Source of the DNA: a virus
Taxonomy: Duplodnaviria; Heunggongvirae; Uroviricota; Caudoviricetes
DNA: 64,000 nt
Direction: 5' to 3' (one strand)
Virus record (IMG/VR): IMGVR_UViG_2563366840_000001
The notes under the pieces were generated by a model, which searched no databases, was not told where the DNA came from, and saw nothing but the letters and a program-made list of their open reading frames with translations. The translations under genes and the position numbers were made by a program. This document shows positions 50,885 through 61,483 of the stretch, in pieces. Each line of letters starts with the position of its first letter. Within the stretch, counting starts at the first letter, position 1.

Positions 50885-51838
50885 ATGTCTGACTATTTAA
50901 AGGGTAAGCGCGTTGTTGACCCGGTGCTGACCAGCATCGCTCGCGGTTATAAAAATGCCGCATTTATCGGCGAACGCATCTTCCCCATTGTCCAGACCGA
51001 TAAGGAAGGTGTGACCGTCCCGACCTTCGGTAAATCCGCCTTTGTTGAGTACGACACCGAGCGTGCCGTGGGGGCTGACAGTAACGTCCTGGTACGTGAG
51101 AAGACCGGCAAACTGGATCTGGTTCTTAACGAGCACGATCTGGCCGCGCCGGTGGACTACCGCGAGCAGGCGGAGTCGATGTTCAACGAAGAGGCCAAGG
51201 CCATTCGTCGCGTGACCAGTGGCGTCAACCTGAAGCGCGAACTGTATGCGGCCCGTCTGGCGCAGGACAAAAACGTTTACCCGGCATCGTCCGTTAAAGC
51301 ACTGGCAGCTGCTGAACGCTGGGTCGGTGGTAAAGGTGATCCAATTGGCATTATTGAAGGTGGCATTGAGGCGGTACGTAACAAAACCGGCCTGCGCCCA
51401 AACCTGATGACCATGGGGGCCAGCGTCATGTCGCTGCTGAAGTTCCACCCGGCGATTCAGGCCGCGATTGGAGCCAACGAGCGCAAGCGTATCACCATCG
51501 AAATTCTGAAAGACCTTTTCCAACTGGAAGATGTGGCGATCGGCGAGCCGGTCTCCATGGCCTCCATGAAAGACGCGCAGAACAAGGACAAAGTCCCGAC
51601 CGATATCTGGGGTGACAACCTGATGCTGCATTACGTTGGCAAACCGCAACCAGGCACCGACAGCGCCGACGAAAACGAGCCGTCATTCGGTTACACCCTG
51701 CGCCGTAAAGGGATGCCGGTGGCGGATAAATACGACGGTGTCGGCGGCAAAGTGAAGTACTGCCGTTATACCGATATCTACAAAGTCGCCGTGGTCGGTG
51801 GCGATGCCGGGTATCTCGTCACCAACATTGTGAAATAA
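50885..51838 (+). CDS. Major head subunit, Mu T-like (317 aa)
   Basis: Size and position. Confidence 0.7.
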   Translation: MSDYLKGKRVVDPVLTSIARGYKNAAFIGERIFPIVQTDKEGVTVPTFGKSAFVEYDTERAVGADSNVLVREKTGKLDLVLNEHDLAAPVDYREQAESMFNEEAKAIRRVTSGVNLKRELYAARLAQDKNVYPASSVKALAAAERWVGGKGDPIGIIEGGIEAVRNKTGLRPNLMTMGASVMSLLKFHPAIQAAIGANERKRITIEILKDLFQLEDVAIGEPVSMASMKDAQNKDKVPTDIWGDNLMLHYVGKPQPGTDSADENEPSFGYTLRRKGMPVADKYDGVGGKVKYCRYTDIYKVAVVGGDAGYLVTNIVK

Positions 51839-51848
51839 GGAGACGGTC

Positions 51849-52205
51849 ATGGGTACAACTCAACAGGTCATTCTGACCACCACCGTGACGGCCAGCGCGG
51901 CGCTGACGCAACAGCGCTTTGTCGGTGCCGATAATGGCCCCTGTCAGGCCGGTGCCGTGGCGCTCGGTGTGGCAGAGGTGGATGCTGCTGCCGGTGATGT
52001 AACGCCGGTCAACGTACTGGGTATTGTTGCCGTCGAGGCTGGTGCTGCGATTGCTAAAGGGCAGAACGTCCAGTCGGATGAGAATGCCTGCGCCGTTCCC
52101 CAGACAGCCGCATCGGGCGAGACCCCGGCGGGCATTTCTGCCGGGATTGCGCTGGATGAGGCGCTGGCCGAAGGTGACGTTATCCGTATCCTGCGCGGGG
52201 TGTGA
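51849..52205 (+). CDS. Hypothetical head-associated protein (118 aa)
   Basis: Ala/Gly/Val-rich. Confidence 0.4.
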   Translation: MGTTQQVILTTTVTASAALTQQRFVGADNGPCQAGAVALGVAEVDAAAGDVTPVNVLGIVAVEAGAAIAKGQNVQSDENACAVPQTAASGETPAGISAGIALDEALAEGDVIRILRGV

Positions 52206-52206
52206 T

Positions 52207-52653
52207 ATGTACTGCACCCTCGCGGATTTGCTTGAACAGGTTCCTGAGCGGACGCTAATCCAGCTCACCAATGAGGAGCTGGACTTCGACTCGCCCGCGA
52301 CGGTGAAAACTGAGGTGGTGGACAGCTGTATTCGCTATGCCGATGAACTGATTGATGCCCATCTGCGCGGACGCTATACCCTGCCGCTGGCGGAAATACC
52401 GACCGTTCTGCGGGACATTGCCATCACGCTGGTGCGTTACCGGCTCTACACCCGCCGCCCGGAAGGGGCTGTCCCGGATACCGTGAAGGATGACCACAAA
52501 GAGGCCCGGCGACAGCTGGAGGGGTTGCGTGACAACAAGCTGACGCTGGGGCTGCAGTCCACTCAAAAAGACGTGCCTGAGTCCGGTGAAATCCGGGCGC
52601 GGGCACGTCGCCCCACCTTTGGCGGGCGCGATGGCTTACTGGAGAAATACTGA
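52207..52653 (+). CDS. Mu gp36-like protein
   Basis: Start at ATG 52207 (MYCTLADLLEQ). Confidence 0.5.
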   Translation: MYCTLADLLEQVPERTLIQLTNEELDFDSPATVKTEVVDSCIRYADELIDAHLRGRYTLPLAEIPTVLRDIAITLVRYRLYTRRPEGAVPDTVKDDHKEARRQLEGLRDNKLTLGLQSTQKDVPESGEIRARARRPTFGGRDGLLEKY

Positions 52654-53117
52654 TGAACGTTCTGCCCGTCCTCGATGCAGTACTGACCCGGTTACGGGAG
52701 AAGCTGCCGCAGCTGCAGGTGGAGTACTTCCCGGAGAAACCGGCTGAGTATCGCCTGAATCATCCGGTTGGGGCGCTGCTGGTGAGCTATGCCGGGTCGC
52801 GCTTCGATAAGCCGAATGATATCGGTGCGGTGCTCCAGACTCAGACTATCCAGCTCTGCGTCACGGTAGTTTTCCGCCAGCTCAACGGTAAAAGAGGCGC
52901 GATTGACGTTCTGGATGCAGTCCGTCGCATCCTCGGTGGCTACACCCCGCCGAACTGCCGCCGTCGCATCTGGCTGACCCGCGAGGTGTTTATCGGTGAG
53001 GTCAAGGGGCTGTGGCAGTACGCCCTCGACTTTGCCACTGAAAGCGTCTTTATCGAAGACAGCGATTTACCGTCCGGCCCGCTGTTAACCGAAGTGAACT
53101 ATGAGGAAAGCGAGTGA
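52653..53117 (+). CDS. Mu gp37-like protein (154 aa)
   Basis: Position. Confidence 0.5.
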   Translation: MNVLPVLDAVLTRLREKLPQLQVEYFPEKPAEYRLNHPVGALLVSYAGSRFDKPNDIGAVLQTQTIQLCVTVVFRQLNGKRGAIDVLDAVRRILGGYTPPNCRRRIWLTREVFIGEVKGLWQYALDFATESVFIEDSDLPSGPLLTEVNYEESE

Positions 53118-53368
53118 TGAAAGAATACCGCTATTCCGGCCCGGCCAGCGGCGTCACGCTGTCGGACGGAACCGAAATCCTGCTCTGGCCGGGGAAGAAT
53201 GTTTCCCTGCCGGAGGAGCATGACTATGTGAAGGTACTGGTGGCGCTGAAGCATCTGACACCGGTATCTGAAGAGACTAAACCCGCCAGCACACCGGTTG
53301 TGCAGTCACCAAAGCGCAGGAACGCCGGCGACAACGATGTGAAAACGGAGGACTCCCATGGCAGCTAA
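53114..53368 (+). CDS. Hypothetical protein (84 aa)
   Basis: ORF track. Confidence 0.4.
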   Translation: MMKEYRYSGPASGVTLSDGTEILLWPGKNVSLPEEHDYVKVLVALKHLTPVSEETKPASTPVVQSPKRRNAGDNDVKTEDSHGS

Positions 53369-54785
53369 CTATCTGCATGGCGTCGAAACCATTGAGGTGG
53401 AAAACGGTGCCCGCCCGGTAAAAATGGTGAAGTCTGCCGTCATTGGCCTGATTGGTACCGCCCCGATGGGGGACGTCAATACGCTGGTGCAGTGCCTGTC
53501 TGAGAAAGATGCAGCGGCGTTTGGCAGCCAGCTCACCGGTTTTACCATTCCGCAGGCGCTGGATGCGATCTACGACCATGGGGCAGGCACCGTTCTGGTC
53601 ATTAACGTGCTTGATCCGGCTGTGCATAAAACCGCTGTGGCCGATGAAGATGTAACGTTCGACAAGGCGACGGGCAAGGCACAGCTGGCTAATCCGGTGG
53701 TCGCGCAGCTGGTACTGAAACCGGACAGCGATGGCCAGCCTTATGTGGAAGGTCAGGACTACTCGCTTGATGCACAGACCGGAGTGATTACCAACCTTGG
53801 TAAGAGCATTGCCGCAGATGCAACGGTGAAGGCCAGCTATAACTATGCTGATCCAACTAAAGTCACCCCGGCTGATATCATCGGTGCCGTTAACGCTGCG
53901 GGCAACCGTACCGGCATGAAGCTGCTTAACGACAGCTTCAACCTGTTTGGCTACTTCGCAAAAATACTGATTGCCCCGGTCTTCTGCACCCAGAACAGCG
54001 TCTCGGTTGAGCTTATCGCCATGGCTGAGAAGCTGGGCGCGGTGACCTACATCGACGCGCCGATTGGTACCACTTTTGCGCAGGCTCTGGCGGGGCGTGG
54101 CCCGGAAGGCACCATTAACTTCAACACCAGCTCCGACCGCGTCCGTCTGTGCTACCCGCACGTCAAGGTGTACGACGCGGCCACCAACAGCGAACGGCTG
54201 GAGCCGCTGAGCCAGCGTGCTGCAGGTCTGCGTGCCAAAGTCGACCTGGACAAGGGCTACTGGTGGTCGTCCTCCAACCAGGAAATTCTGGGTATCACCG
54301 GCGTGGAGCGCCAGCTGTCGGCAATGATTGACGACCCGCAGAGCGAGGTGAACCTGCTCAACGAACAGGGCATCACCACGGTCTTCAGCAGCTACGGCAG
54401 CGGCCTGCGTCTGTGGGGCAACCGTATGGCGGCATGGCCAACGGTCACCCATATGCGCAACTTTGAGAACGTTCGCCGTACCGGTGATGTGATCAACGAG
54501 TCCCTGCGTTACTTCAGCCAGCAGTACATCGACATGCCGATTACCCAGGCGCTGATTGATGCGCTGACGGAGTCGGTCAACGCCTACGGTCGCAAGCTGA
54601 TTGGCGACGGTGCGCTGCTGGGCTTCAGCTGCTGGTTTGATCCGGCCCGCAACGAAGAGACGGAGCTTGCCGCCGGTCACCTGTTGCTGAGCTACAAATA
54701 CACGCCACCACCACCGCTGGAGCGACTGACGTTTGAGACCGAGATCACCTCGGAATATCTGTTAACCCTGAAGGGGAATAGCTGA
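53358..54785 (+). CDS. Tail sheath protein (475 aa)
   Basis: Size, position before tube gene. Confidence 0.8.
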   Translation: MAANYLHGVETIEVENGARPVKMVKSAVIGLIGTAPMGDVNTLVQCLSEKDAAAFGSQLTGFTIPQALDAIYDHGAGTVLVINVLDPAVHKTAVADEDVTFDKATGKAQLANPVVAQLVLKPDSDGQPYVEGQDYSLDAQTGVITNLGKSIAADATVKASYNYADPTKVTPADIIGAVNAAGNRTGMKLLNDSFNLFGYFAKILIAPVFCTQNSVSVELIAMAEKLGAVTYIDAPIGTTFAQALAGRGPEGTINFNTSSDRVRLCYPHVKVYDAATNSERLEPLSQRAAGLRAKVDLDKGYWWSSSNQEILGITGVERQLSAMIDDPQSEVNLLNEQGITTVFSSYGSGLRLWGNRMAAWPTVTHMRNFENVRRTGDVINESLRYFSQQYIDMPITQALIDALTESVNAYGRKLIGDGALLGFSCWFDPARNEETELAAGHLLLSYKYTPPPPLERLTFETEITSEYLLTLKGNS

Positions 54786-55306
54786 TGGCAAAGATTGAGA
54801 TCAACCGCATCACGAATGCCAACATCTACCTGGATGGCGCTAACCTGCTGGGCCGGGCCGAGGAGGTCAAACTCCCGGACGTCTCCATGACCATGCAGGA
54901 GCATAAGGCGCTGGGGATGGTGGGCAAAGTGGAACTCCCGGCAGGCTTCGACAAGCTGGAGGGTGAGATCAAGTGGAACAGCTTTTACCGCGACGCGATG
55001 CTGTCTGCTGCGAACCCGTATAAGTCGCTGGCGCTGCAGTGCCGTTCCAGCGTCCAGCGCTACAGTTCGCAGGGGCTGATTGACGAAATCCCGCTGGTCA
55101 CATTCCTGACGATCATGTTCAAGAAGAACCCGCTGGGGACGTTCAAACAGCACGAGAACGCCGAGTTCTCTAGCAGCTTCACCTGCACGTACATCAAGCA
55201 GGTACTGGATGGTGAAGAGCTGCTGGAGCTGGACTATCTGGCCAACATCTTCCGAGTCGGCGGCGTTGACCAGTTGACTGACTACCGCATCAATATCGGG
55301 GGTTGA
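54785..55306 (+). CDS. Tail tube protein (173 aa)
   Basis: Size and position after sheath. Confidence 0.7.
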   Translation: MAKIEINRITNANIYLDGANLLGRAEEVKLPDVSMTMQEHKALGMVGKVELPAGFDKLEGEIKWNSFYRDAMLSAANPYKSLALQCRSSVQRYSSQGLIDEIPLVTFLTIMFKKNPLGTFKQHENAEFSSSFTCTYIKQVLDGEELLELDYLANIFRVGGVDQLTDYRINIGG

Positions 55307-55590
55307 CGGTGACCGTCGAGATTGAAGATAAAGGCGGGAACTGTGGTTCGATTGGCATGGGAAATGGTACGTGGTTTACCATCCTTGATATTCCGGGGGT
55401 GGAAAACCTTTTTAATACCCAGAAAACCAATGATCCGATTGACTGCACCCGCTCTAAAGCACGGAAGCTCGCTGACCTGATTGAGGCATGGGAGCCACCT
55501 GACCACTGGTTCACCGGCATCGGCAAATCTGAAGGAAAGGCGCTTCTTATCGCCTTCCTGCGTAACTGCAAAGGCTTTCGCACTCACTGA
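55303..55590 (+). CDS. Hypothetical protein (95 aa), possible moron
   Basis: Followed directly by an intrinsic terminator. Confidence 0.4.
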   Translation: MTVTVEIEDKGGNCGSIGMGNGTWFTILDIPGVENLFNTQKTNDPIDCTRSKARKLADLIEAWEPPDHWFTGIGKSEGKALLIAFLRNCKGFRTH

Positions 55591-55597
55591 TATCACA

Positions 55598-55620
55598 GGG
55601 GCTTCGGCCCCTTTCTTCTT
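55598..55620 (+). terminator. Intrinsic terminator GGGGC-TTCG-GCCCC plus T-rich tract
   Basis: Read directly. Confidence 0.6.
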
Positions 55621-55688
55621 AATCCCCTTTAATATCCGTCACGTCCACCTCCAGACATACTGCTCTGAACTTACACAGGAGCACGATC

Positions 55689-56003
55689 ATGTCACAGACC
55701 CAATCCGATACTTTTAAGCTGTCTTACCCCTTCACCACCGCAGCAGGCACCAGAGTTGAGCAGGTTGAACTGAAACGCCTGACGGTCAAAGACCTGAAGC
55801 AGGTGCGCAAAATCAGTAAAGACCCGGCTGACTGGGACGAACCGCTCATTGCCCGTAGCACCGGTATTCTCCCCGAAGACCTCGATAACATGGATCTTGC
55901 CGATTACATGGAGCTGCAGAAACGATTTCAGCAAGTCACTGGGCTGGGCAAGAGCGACGAAAACGCTGATGCAGGCGCAGGGGCTGCTGGCGAGGTGGTT
56001 TAG
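55689..56003 (+). CDS. Tail assembly chaperone (104 aa)
   Basis: Position between tube and tape measure. Confidence 0.55.
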   Translation: MSQTQSDTFKLSYPFTTAAGTRVEQVELKRLTVKDLKQVRKISKDPADWDEPLIARSTGILPEDLDNMDLADYMELQKRFQQVTGLGKSDENADAGAGAAGEVV

Positions 56004-56106
56004 ATTTCAGCCGGGGGAGATTGATGCCCTCGATACTGACGATCTGGAGATGTGGCTGGAGCAGGCTGAAGAGCAAATCAAAAGCGAGTTCGGCGACAAT
56101 CAGTAA
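55849..56106 (+). CDS. Overlapping ORF in +1 frame, candidate frameshift extension of the chaperone
   Basis: Overlaps chaperone 3' end by 155 nt and ends just before tape measure gene. Confidence 0.35.
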   Translation: MPVAPVFSPKTSITWILPITWSCRNDFSKSLGWARATKTLMQAQGLLARWFRFQPGEIDALDTDDLEMWLEQAEEQIKSEFGDNQ

Positions 56107-56198
56107 CGACTCATCACTTAACAGCCGCCCCTCGCGGCTGTTCTGCATGGCTCTCAGACATTTTCCTTCCGTTTTTCCGCTTTCAGAGGATAACAACC

Positions 56199-58664
56199 GT
56201 GGCCAGTGAATTTTCAGTCGGCGTCATTATTGGCGGCATTGTCGGAAGCAGCTTCCGCTCAGCCGTCAGTGGCACCCGACGCGCCCTAGATTCCCTGGGC
56301 GATACATCGCGCCGCCTGCAGGAACGCCAGAATGCCTTAACTCGTGCAACTGAACGTTATGGCCAGTTAGGCTCTTCCCGGATGCAGCGCCTCAACAGCG
56401 AACTGCTGCGGGTAAGCCGCACAATGGAGCAAATTGAACGCCAGCAGCGCCGTCTGTCAGCAGTATCAGCCACCAGTGACGCGCTGAAAGCTAACCGCAT
56501 GGCGCTCTATGGCCAGGGAGCAGAGACTTATGGTATCGCCCGAACGCTGGGCGCACCGGTCATGGCCTCTGTCAAACAATATTCATCGTTTGAATCCCAG
56601 CTACGCGATATCAGTGTCACCGGTGATCTGGATTCAAGGCAGGAACAGGCCATCGGTACTGCCATTCGTCGGGCATCCCTGCAGGTCAATCAGCTCCAGG
56701 AATCTCTGTTGAGCGGCGTTGGTCAACTGGTTGCCGATGGCATGAATCCGCAGCAGGCAGCGACCTTTGCCGGGATGCTCGGTAAAGCGGCCACGGCCAC
56801 CAAAGCAGATATGACTGACCTCGCAAAAATGACCTATGCCTTTAGCGATGCGCTGAAAATTACCGATGCCAAAGAGCTGGAGCAGGCGTTTGGGATTGCG
56901 GCAACCGGGGCCAAGCTAGGCTCGTTTGAGCTGAAGGATATGGCGAAAGCGTTACCCGGTATGGCCAAAGCCTTCGCTGCACGTGGTATTTACGGCAAAG
57001 ACGCCATAACCCAGATCGTAGCCAGTCTGGAAGTGGGTAAAGGCAGCGGCTCAGCGGAAGAGGCCGTCACCAATATGTCAAACTGGCTGGCGGCAATGGG
57101 ACGCGGAGATACCACGCAGAAATACGCTAAGGCTGGCGTGGATTACCAGGGATCAATGCAAAATTATGTAGCCCAGGGGTTCTCTCAATATGAAGCCTCC
57201 CTGATGATTGCCAACCGGTTTATCGACGGTAAAGGCAAGGCATTTGTGCAGCAATGGAAGGCGGCAGGCTCAAGAGGCGATCAGGAAGGCCAGCAGAGGC
57301 TGATGGAGTCCTTCGGACTGGCGGAAGTCTTTACCGATATCCAGACCGTGAACCATCTACTGTCTATGCGTCAGGGCTGGGATAAGTACCAATCTAACAA
57401 GCAGGAAATGAACACTCCCTCTGCAATGTCTACGCTGGACAAGGATGCAGCGAAACAAAATGATACGCTCGAAGGACGTTGGCGCAGAACGCAGATTGGG
57501 TTTAACGACTCGGCCATTAGCATCGGAGAATCATTACGTCCGGCGTTGATCCAGCTGGGGGAAACATTCATCCCCTTAATGAACAGCGTTGGAAAATGGA
57601 TTGCGGCTAATCCGCAACTCGTGAGCGGCACAATTCAAGTGATTGGCGCATTACTTGCGTTCAAGATGGCAACCATCGGCCTCAAGCTCGGGCTGAATCT
57701 CCTTATTTCACCTTTCGTCAACGTCTGGAAAAATGCCGTGCTCCTGCGGGCCAACTGGCTTCGCCTGACACTCGCGCTGGGTGAAGGCGGCAAACTTCGC
57801 TGGCTGGTGACCGGCTTCAGCGCCGTCGCCAGAGGAGCCAGAACACTGGGTGGTGTGCTGTCAGGTGGGCTGGTTCGCGGCATTATGATCGCCGGGCGTG
57901 CCGTTCTCTGGATTGGGCGGGCATTGCTGATGAATCCCATTGGTCTTGCTATCACCGCCGTCGCGGCGGCGGCTTATCTTATTTATCGTAACTGGGGGGC
58001 TGTCAGCAGTTGGTTCAAACTGCGCTGGGCTGACATTAAAGAGGCTTTTAACGGCGGTATCGTGGGGATTGGTAAACTGCTGATTAACTGGTCGCCGGTT
58101 GGTCTGCTCTATAAAGCCTTTGCGGCTGCGCTGAAATATCTCGGCGTTGATCTGCCCGCGAAGTTCACTGACTTCGGTGGCCATCTTATCGACGGGCTGA
58201 TAAACGGCATCAAAAACAAATGGGAGTCGCTCAAAACCACCGTCACAGATATGGGTGACAGTGTCGGCGGCTGGTTCAAGGAAAAGCTGGGTATCCATTC
58301 GCCGAGCCGCGTGTTTATGGGCTTTGGTGACAACATCGCGCAGGGTGCCGCTATCGGCCTGCAGCGTACCACACCACTGGCAGCGCTCGCCGGACAACGC
58401 CTGGCAACAGAGATGACTCCCGATGTTCCCCGTATCCCGTCGCCGGAAATCATGGCTGCGGGATATTCAGGTCGTGGCGCAGTTGCAACTGGCGGCGGAA
58501 CATCTGGCGGTATCCAGGTCAGCTTTAATCCTCAGTTTTTCCTCAATGGCAAAGAAACCGCAGCGCCTGCCGGACTGACCGGCGCACTGAATATGAGCCT
58601 GCATGAACTGGAGAAAATGCTGGAGCGTCTGCTGGCTCAGAAACAACGTCGGGGGTACGAATAA
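56199..58664 (+). CDS. Tail tape measure protein (821 aa)
   Basis: Length, coiled coil, hydrophobic central segment. Confidence 0.8.
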   Translation: MASEFSVGVIIGGIVGSSFRSAVSGTRRALDSLGDTSRRLQERQNALTRATERYGQLGSSRMQRLNSELLRVSRTMEQIERQQRRLSAVSATSDALKANRMALYGQGAETYGIARTLGAPVMASVKQYSSFESQLRDISVTGDLDSRQEQAIGTAIRRASLQVNQLQESLLSGVGQLVADGMNPQQAATFAGMLGKAATATKADMTDLAKMTYAFSDALKITDAKELEQAFGIAATGAKLGSFELKDMAKALPGMAKAFAARGIYGKDAITQIVASLEVGKGSGSAEEAVTNMSNWLAAMGRGDTTQKYAKAGVDYQGSMQNYVAQGFSQYEASLMIANRFIDGKGKAFVQQWKAAGSRGDQEGQQRLMESFGLAEVFTDIQTVNHLLSMRQGWDKYQSNKQEMNTPSAMSTLDKDAAKQNDTLEGRWRRTQIGFNDSAISIGESLRPALIQLGETFIPLMNSVGKWIAANPQLVSGTIQVIGALLAFKMATIGLKLGLNLLISPFVNVWKNAVLLRANWLRLTLALGEGGKLRWLVTGFSAVARGARTLGGVLSGGLVRGIMIAGRAVLWIGRALLMNPIGLAITAVAAAAYLIYRNWGAVSSWFKLRWADIKEAFNGGIVGIGKLLINWSPVGLLYKAFAAALKYLGVDLPAKFTDFGGHLIDGLINGIKNKWESLKTTVTDMGDSVGGWFKEKLGIHSPSRVFMGFGDNIAQGAAIGLQRTTPLAALAGQRLATEMTPDVPRIPSPEIMAAGYSGRGAVATGGGTSGGIQVSFNPQFFLNGKETAAPAGLTGALNMSLHELEKMLERLLAQKQRRGYE

Positions 58665-59548
58665 TGTTTGCGGTACTGGGTGATATTGAGTTTGAACTGA
58701 TTACCTACTGGGACGGCTTTGAGGCCACTTTCGGTGTCGATTATGCGGAACATGCCCGCATAGAGGGTAAGCCCGGCCTGCAGTTCGTCGGCGACAAGCT
58801 GGACGAAATCCAGATAAGCCTGGTCTTCCATCAGCATTATTGTGTGCCCGACGTGGAGCTGGCGAGACTGAGAACGGCCATGAAAGCCCATCAGGCGCTG
58901 GCACTGGTTTTCGGCAACGGTGACTATCGCGGCTGGTTTGTGATTACCGACGTGACCGCGACCAGCGAGCAGACCGACAGCACAGGCAACGTGCTGGCCG
59001 TCAATGCCACCGCATCTCTCCGGGAGTACATCGGCGACCCGAAGAACCCGCTACAGCCTCCTGCGATACGCACGCAGGTTCCCGGCGTCGGGGCGGTCTC
59101 CGGTGCCGTACCTTCTCCCTCCGGGGTGGCGCAGTACGTTCGCGACGGCGTCAACTATGCCAAACAGGCGCAGTCTGTTCTCCAGACCACCATCAGCGCC
59201 GTTCGGGTGGCGCAGAAAATGAAGGATAACCCCGCCGTCGCGCTGACCCGCGTGCCGGGGCTGATGAGCGGACTGGGCAACGTGTCCGGGGCGTTAGGCC
59301 AGAGCGTTCCGGCATTCAATGCGCTCTCTGAATCCATGCCTGATGCCATCAGTCTGGCCAGAGCCACCAGCGATGCGGCCACGTATGTACAACAGGCACA
59401 GTCTTCGCTGAGCGGCGTGGACGGCAGCAATATCGCGGCAGCGCTGGATGCCGTTTCCGGGCAGCTTAACTCCGCCAGCACCACCTTCACTCGTATGTCG
59501 CCGGGGTTAAGCACCATGGCAGCTAAAATTCTGGCGAGGAGTGTGTGA
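58664..59548 (+). CDS. DNA circularisation protein, Mu N-like (294 aa)
   Basis: Position after tape measure. Confidence 0.55.
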   Translation: MFAVLGDIEFELITYWDGFEATFGVDYAEHARIEGKPGLQFVGDKLDEIQISLVFHQHYCVPDVELARLRTAMKAHQALALVFGNGDYRGWFVITDVTATSEQTDSTGNVLAVNATASLREYIGDPKNPLQPPAIRTQVPGVGAVSGAVPSPSGVAQYVRDGVNYAKQAQSVLQTTISAVRVAQKMKDNPAVALTRVPGLMSGLGNVSGALGQSVPAFNALSESMPDAISLARATSDAATYVQQAQSSLSGVDGSNIAAALDAVSGQLNSASTTFTRMSPGLSTMAAKILARSV

Positions 59549-59760
59549 TGTTTCTTGAACATGTTACCCGTGACGGAGAGCGCTGGGACTCTCTGGCATG
59601 GCAGTACTACGGCGACCCACTGGGCTATCCCCGGATAATTGCCGCCAATCCGCACGTGGCCATTACGCCGGTGCTGCCCTCCGGGCTGTTGTTACTGATC
59701 CCGGTTATCGAGGCTGAAGAAGCCACCACAGAAGAGGATATTGCCCCATGGCTGAGATAA
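59545..59760 (+). CDS. Tail protein X-like (71 aa)
   Basis: WDSLAWQYYGD ... ANP pattern resembles P2 gpX. Confidence 0.5.
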   Translation: MMFLEHVTRDGERWDSLAWQYYGDPLGYPRIIAANPHVAITPVLPSGLLLLIPVIEAEEATTEEDIAPWLR

Positions 59761-60917
59761 ACAGCACTGCACAGGTCGCATCAGCGTTAACCGGCGTCAG
59801 CGATGTTCTGAGTCCGGTGTTCACGCTGTGGTATCTGCAGAAGAACATCACCACCGATATCGCCCCCTATGTCACCCGCGTAACCTACAGCGATAACATC
59901 AAAAGCGAGTCCGATACCATTGAGGTGGAGCTGGACGACACCGATGGCCGCTGGCTGGATAAGTGGTATCCGGGCAAGGGTGACACGCTGACGCTGAAAA
60001 TGGGTTATCAGGGCGAGAAGCTGCTGTCCTGTGGTACGTTCTCGATAGACGAGATCGAGGTGAGTTCGCCCGCGTCCGTTGTCGCTATCCGGGGCGTGAC
60101 CACGTCGGTCAACAACGCCCTGCGGACAAAATCCAGTCGTGGTTTCGAGAGCACCACGCTGGCGGCTATAGCCGGACGGATTGCCAAAAAGCATCAGCTG
60201 AAGCTGGTTGGCAGTATTGAGTCCATCAAAATTGACCGGGTGACCCAGTATGCTGAAACGGACGTGGGCTTCCTGCGTCGACTGGCCAGCGAGTATGGTT
60301 ATGCCGTGAAAGTGGTCAGCGACCAGCTGATTTTCTCTCATCTGGCCACGCTGCGCGATCAGGAGCCGGTAAAACAGTTGAAGCCACAGGATGTGGCCAG
60401 CTTTTCCCTGCGTGACACCATCAACCGCGTCTACAAATCCGCAAAGGTAAAACACCAGAAGAGCAGCGATAAAAAGCTGATCGTCTACGAAGCTGATGGC
60501 GGTACCAGCGAAAGCGACAAACAAACCAAAGGCGGTAAGGTCACCAGTGCCGACTCACTGAAGGTCAACAGCCGCGTCAGTGATCCGGACAGCGCCCGGA
60601 TTAAAGCAGATTCGGCGCTGGCCAGGCATAACGAATACCAGCAGAACGGCTCGCTGTCGCTGATGGGGACGCCTCAGTTGACTGCAGGCAACAAAATTGA
60701 ACTGGTGGGTTTTGGTCAGTTATCCGGGCCATGGCTGATAACTACTGCCCGCCATGCGTTTGACCGTAACAGCGGCTACATCACCGAACTGGAAGTGGCA
60801 CGAGGGCCGGTTACGCAGGGCAAAGCGAAGAAAGGTAAAAAGACCGGAAAAACCCAGACGCTGACCGTCTATAAACCGGACGGCAGCACGTCCACGGTAA
60901 TAAAGGAGAAAAAATAA
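59748..60917 (+). CDS. Baseplate hub / tail protein D-like (389 aa)
   Basis: Size and position. Confidence 0.6.
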   Translation: MAEINSTAQVASALTGVSDVLSPVFTLWYLQKNITTDIAPYVTRVTYSDNIKSESDTIEVELDDTDGRWLDKWYPGKGDTLTLKMGYQGEKLLSCGTFSIDEIEVSSPASVVAIRGVTTSVNNALRTKSSRGFESTTLAAIAGRIAKKHQLKLVGSIESIKIDRVTQYAETDVGFLRRLASEYGYAVKVVSDQLIFSHLATLRDQEPVKQLKPQDVASFSLRDTINRVYKSAKVKHQKSSDKKLIVYEADGGTSESDKQTKGGKVTSADSLKVNSRVSDPDSARIKADSALARHNEYQQNGSLSLMGTPQLTAGNKIELVGFGQLSGPWLITTARHAFDRNSGYITELEVARGPVTQGKAKKGKKTGKTQTLTVYKPDGSTSTVIKEKK

Positions 60918-61429
60918 TGGCAGGCGTCACCCGTCAGGTCGGTACGGTCAGCGCCGTCGATGCCGACAAGGTTCAGGCCCGCGTTCGTCTGCCTGAGTGC
61001 GATAACCTGCGCACTAACTGGCTTAACGTACTGCAGCGCAACACCCAGGATAACAAGGATTACTGGCTACCTGACGTGGGGGAGCAGGTTGAGGTGCTGC
61101 TCGATGCCAACGGCGAGGATGGTGTCATTCTGGGCGCGGTGTATTCAGACGTCGATAAGCCACCGTTCAGCGACAAAAACGTCCGGGGCACGAAATACGC
61201 GGATGGCGCAGAGTTCAGCTATAACCGCGCGACCCATACGCTGACGGTCAAAGGTGGTATCGAGCGCGTAGTAATCGAGGTTGCGGTAGGTATCAGCCTG
61301 AAGGGGAAAACCATTGATTTGACCGCTGACACCACCACGGTGAACGGCAACCTTGAAATCAACGGCAATGCCCACTCCACAGGCAGCATGCTCTCTGACG
61401 GCCAGAACTCCAATCATCACTCCCACTGA
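60917..61429 (+). CDS. Baseplate spike, gpV-like (170 aa)
   Basis: OB-fold N-terminus. Confidence 0.55.
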   Translation: MAGVTRQVGTVSAVDADKVQARVRLPECDNLRTNWLNVLQRNTQDNKDYWLPDVGEQVEVLLDANGEDGVILGAVYSDVDKPPFSDKNVRGTKYADGAEFSYNRATHTLTVKGGIERVVIEVAVGISLKGKTIDLTADTTTVNGNLEINGNAHSTGSMLSDGQNSNHHSH

Positions 61430-61483
61430 CCTTCTTAAACGCCTTTAATATCGGCGTTCCCGCACAGGGGCAATACTGCCCCC

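Noticed and set aside
53277-54680. 467-aa minus-strand ORF inside the tail sheath gene
   Set aside because: Antisense to a well-supported structural gene in GC-rich DNA; no independent evidence.
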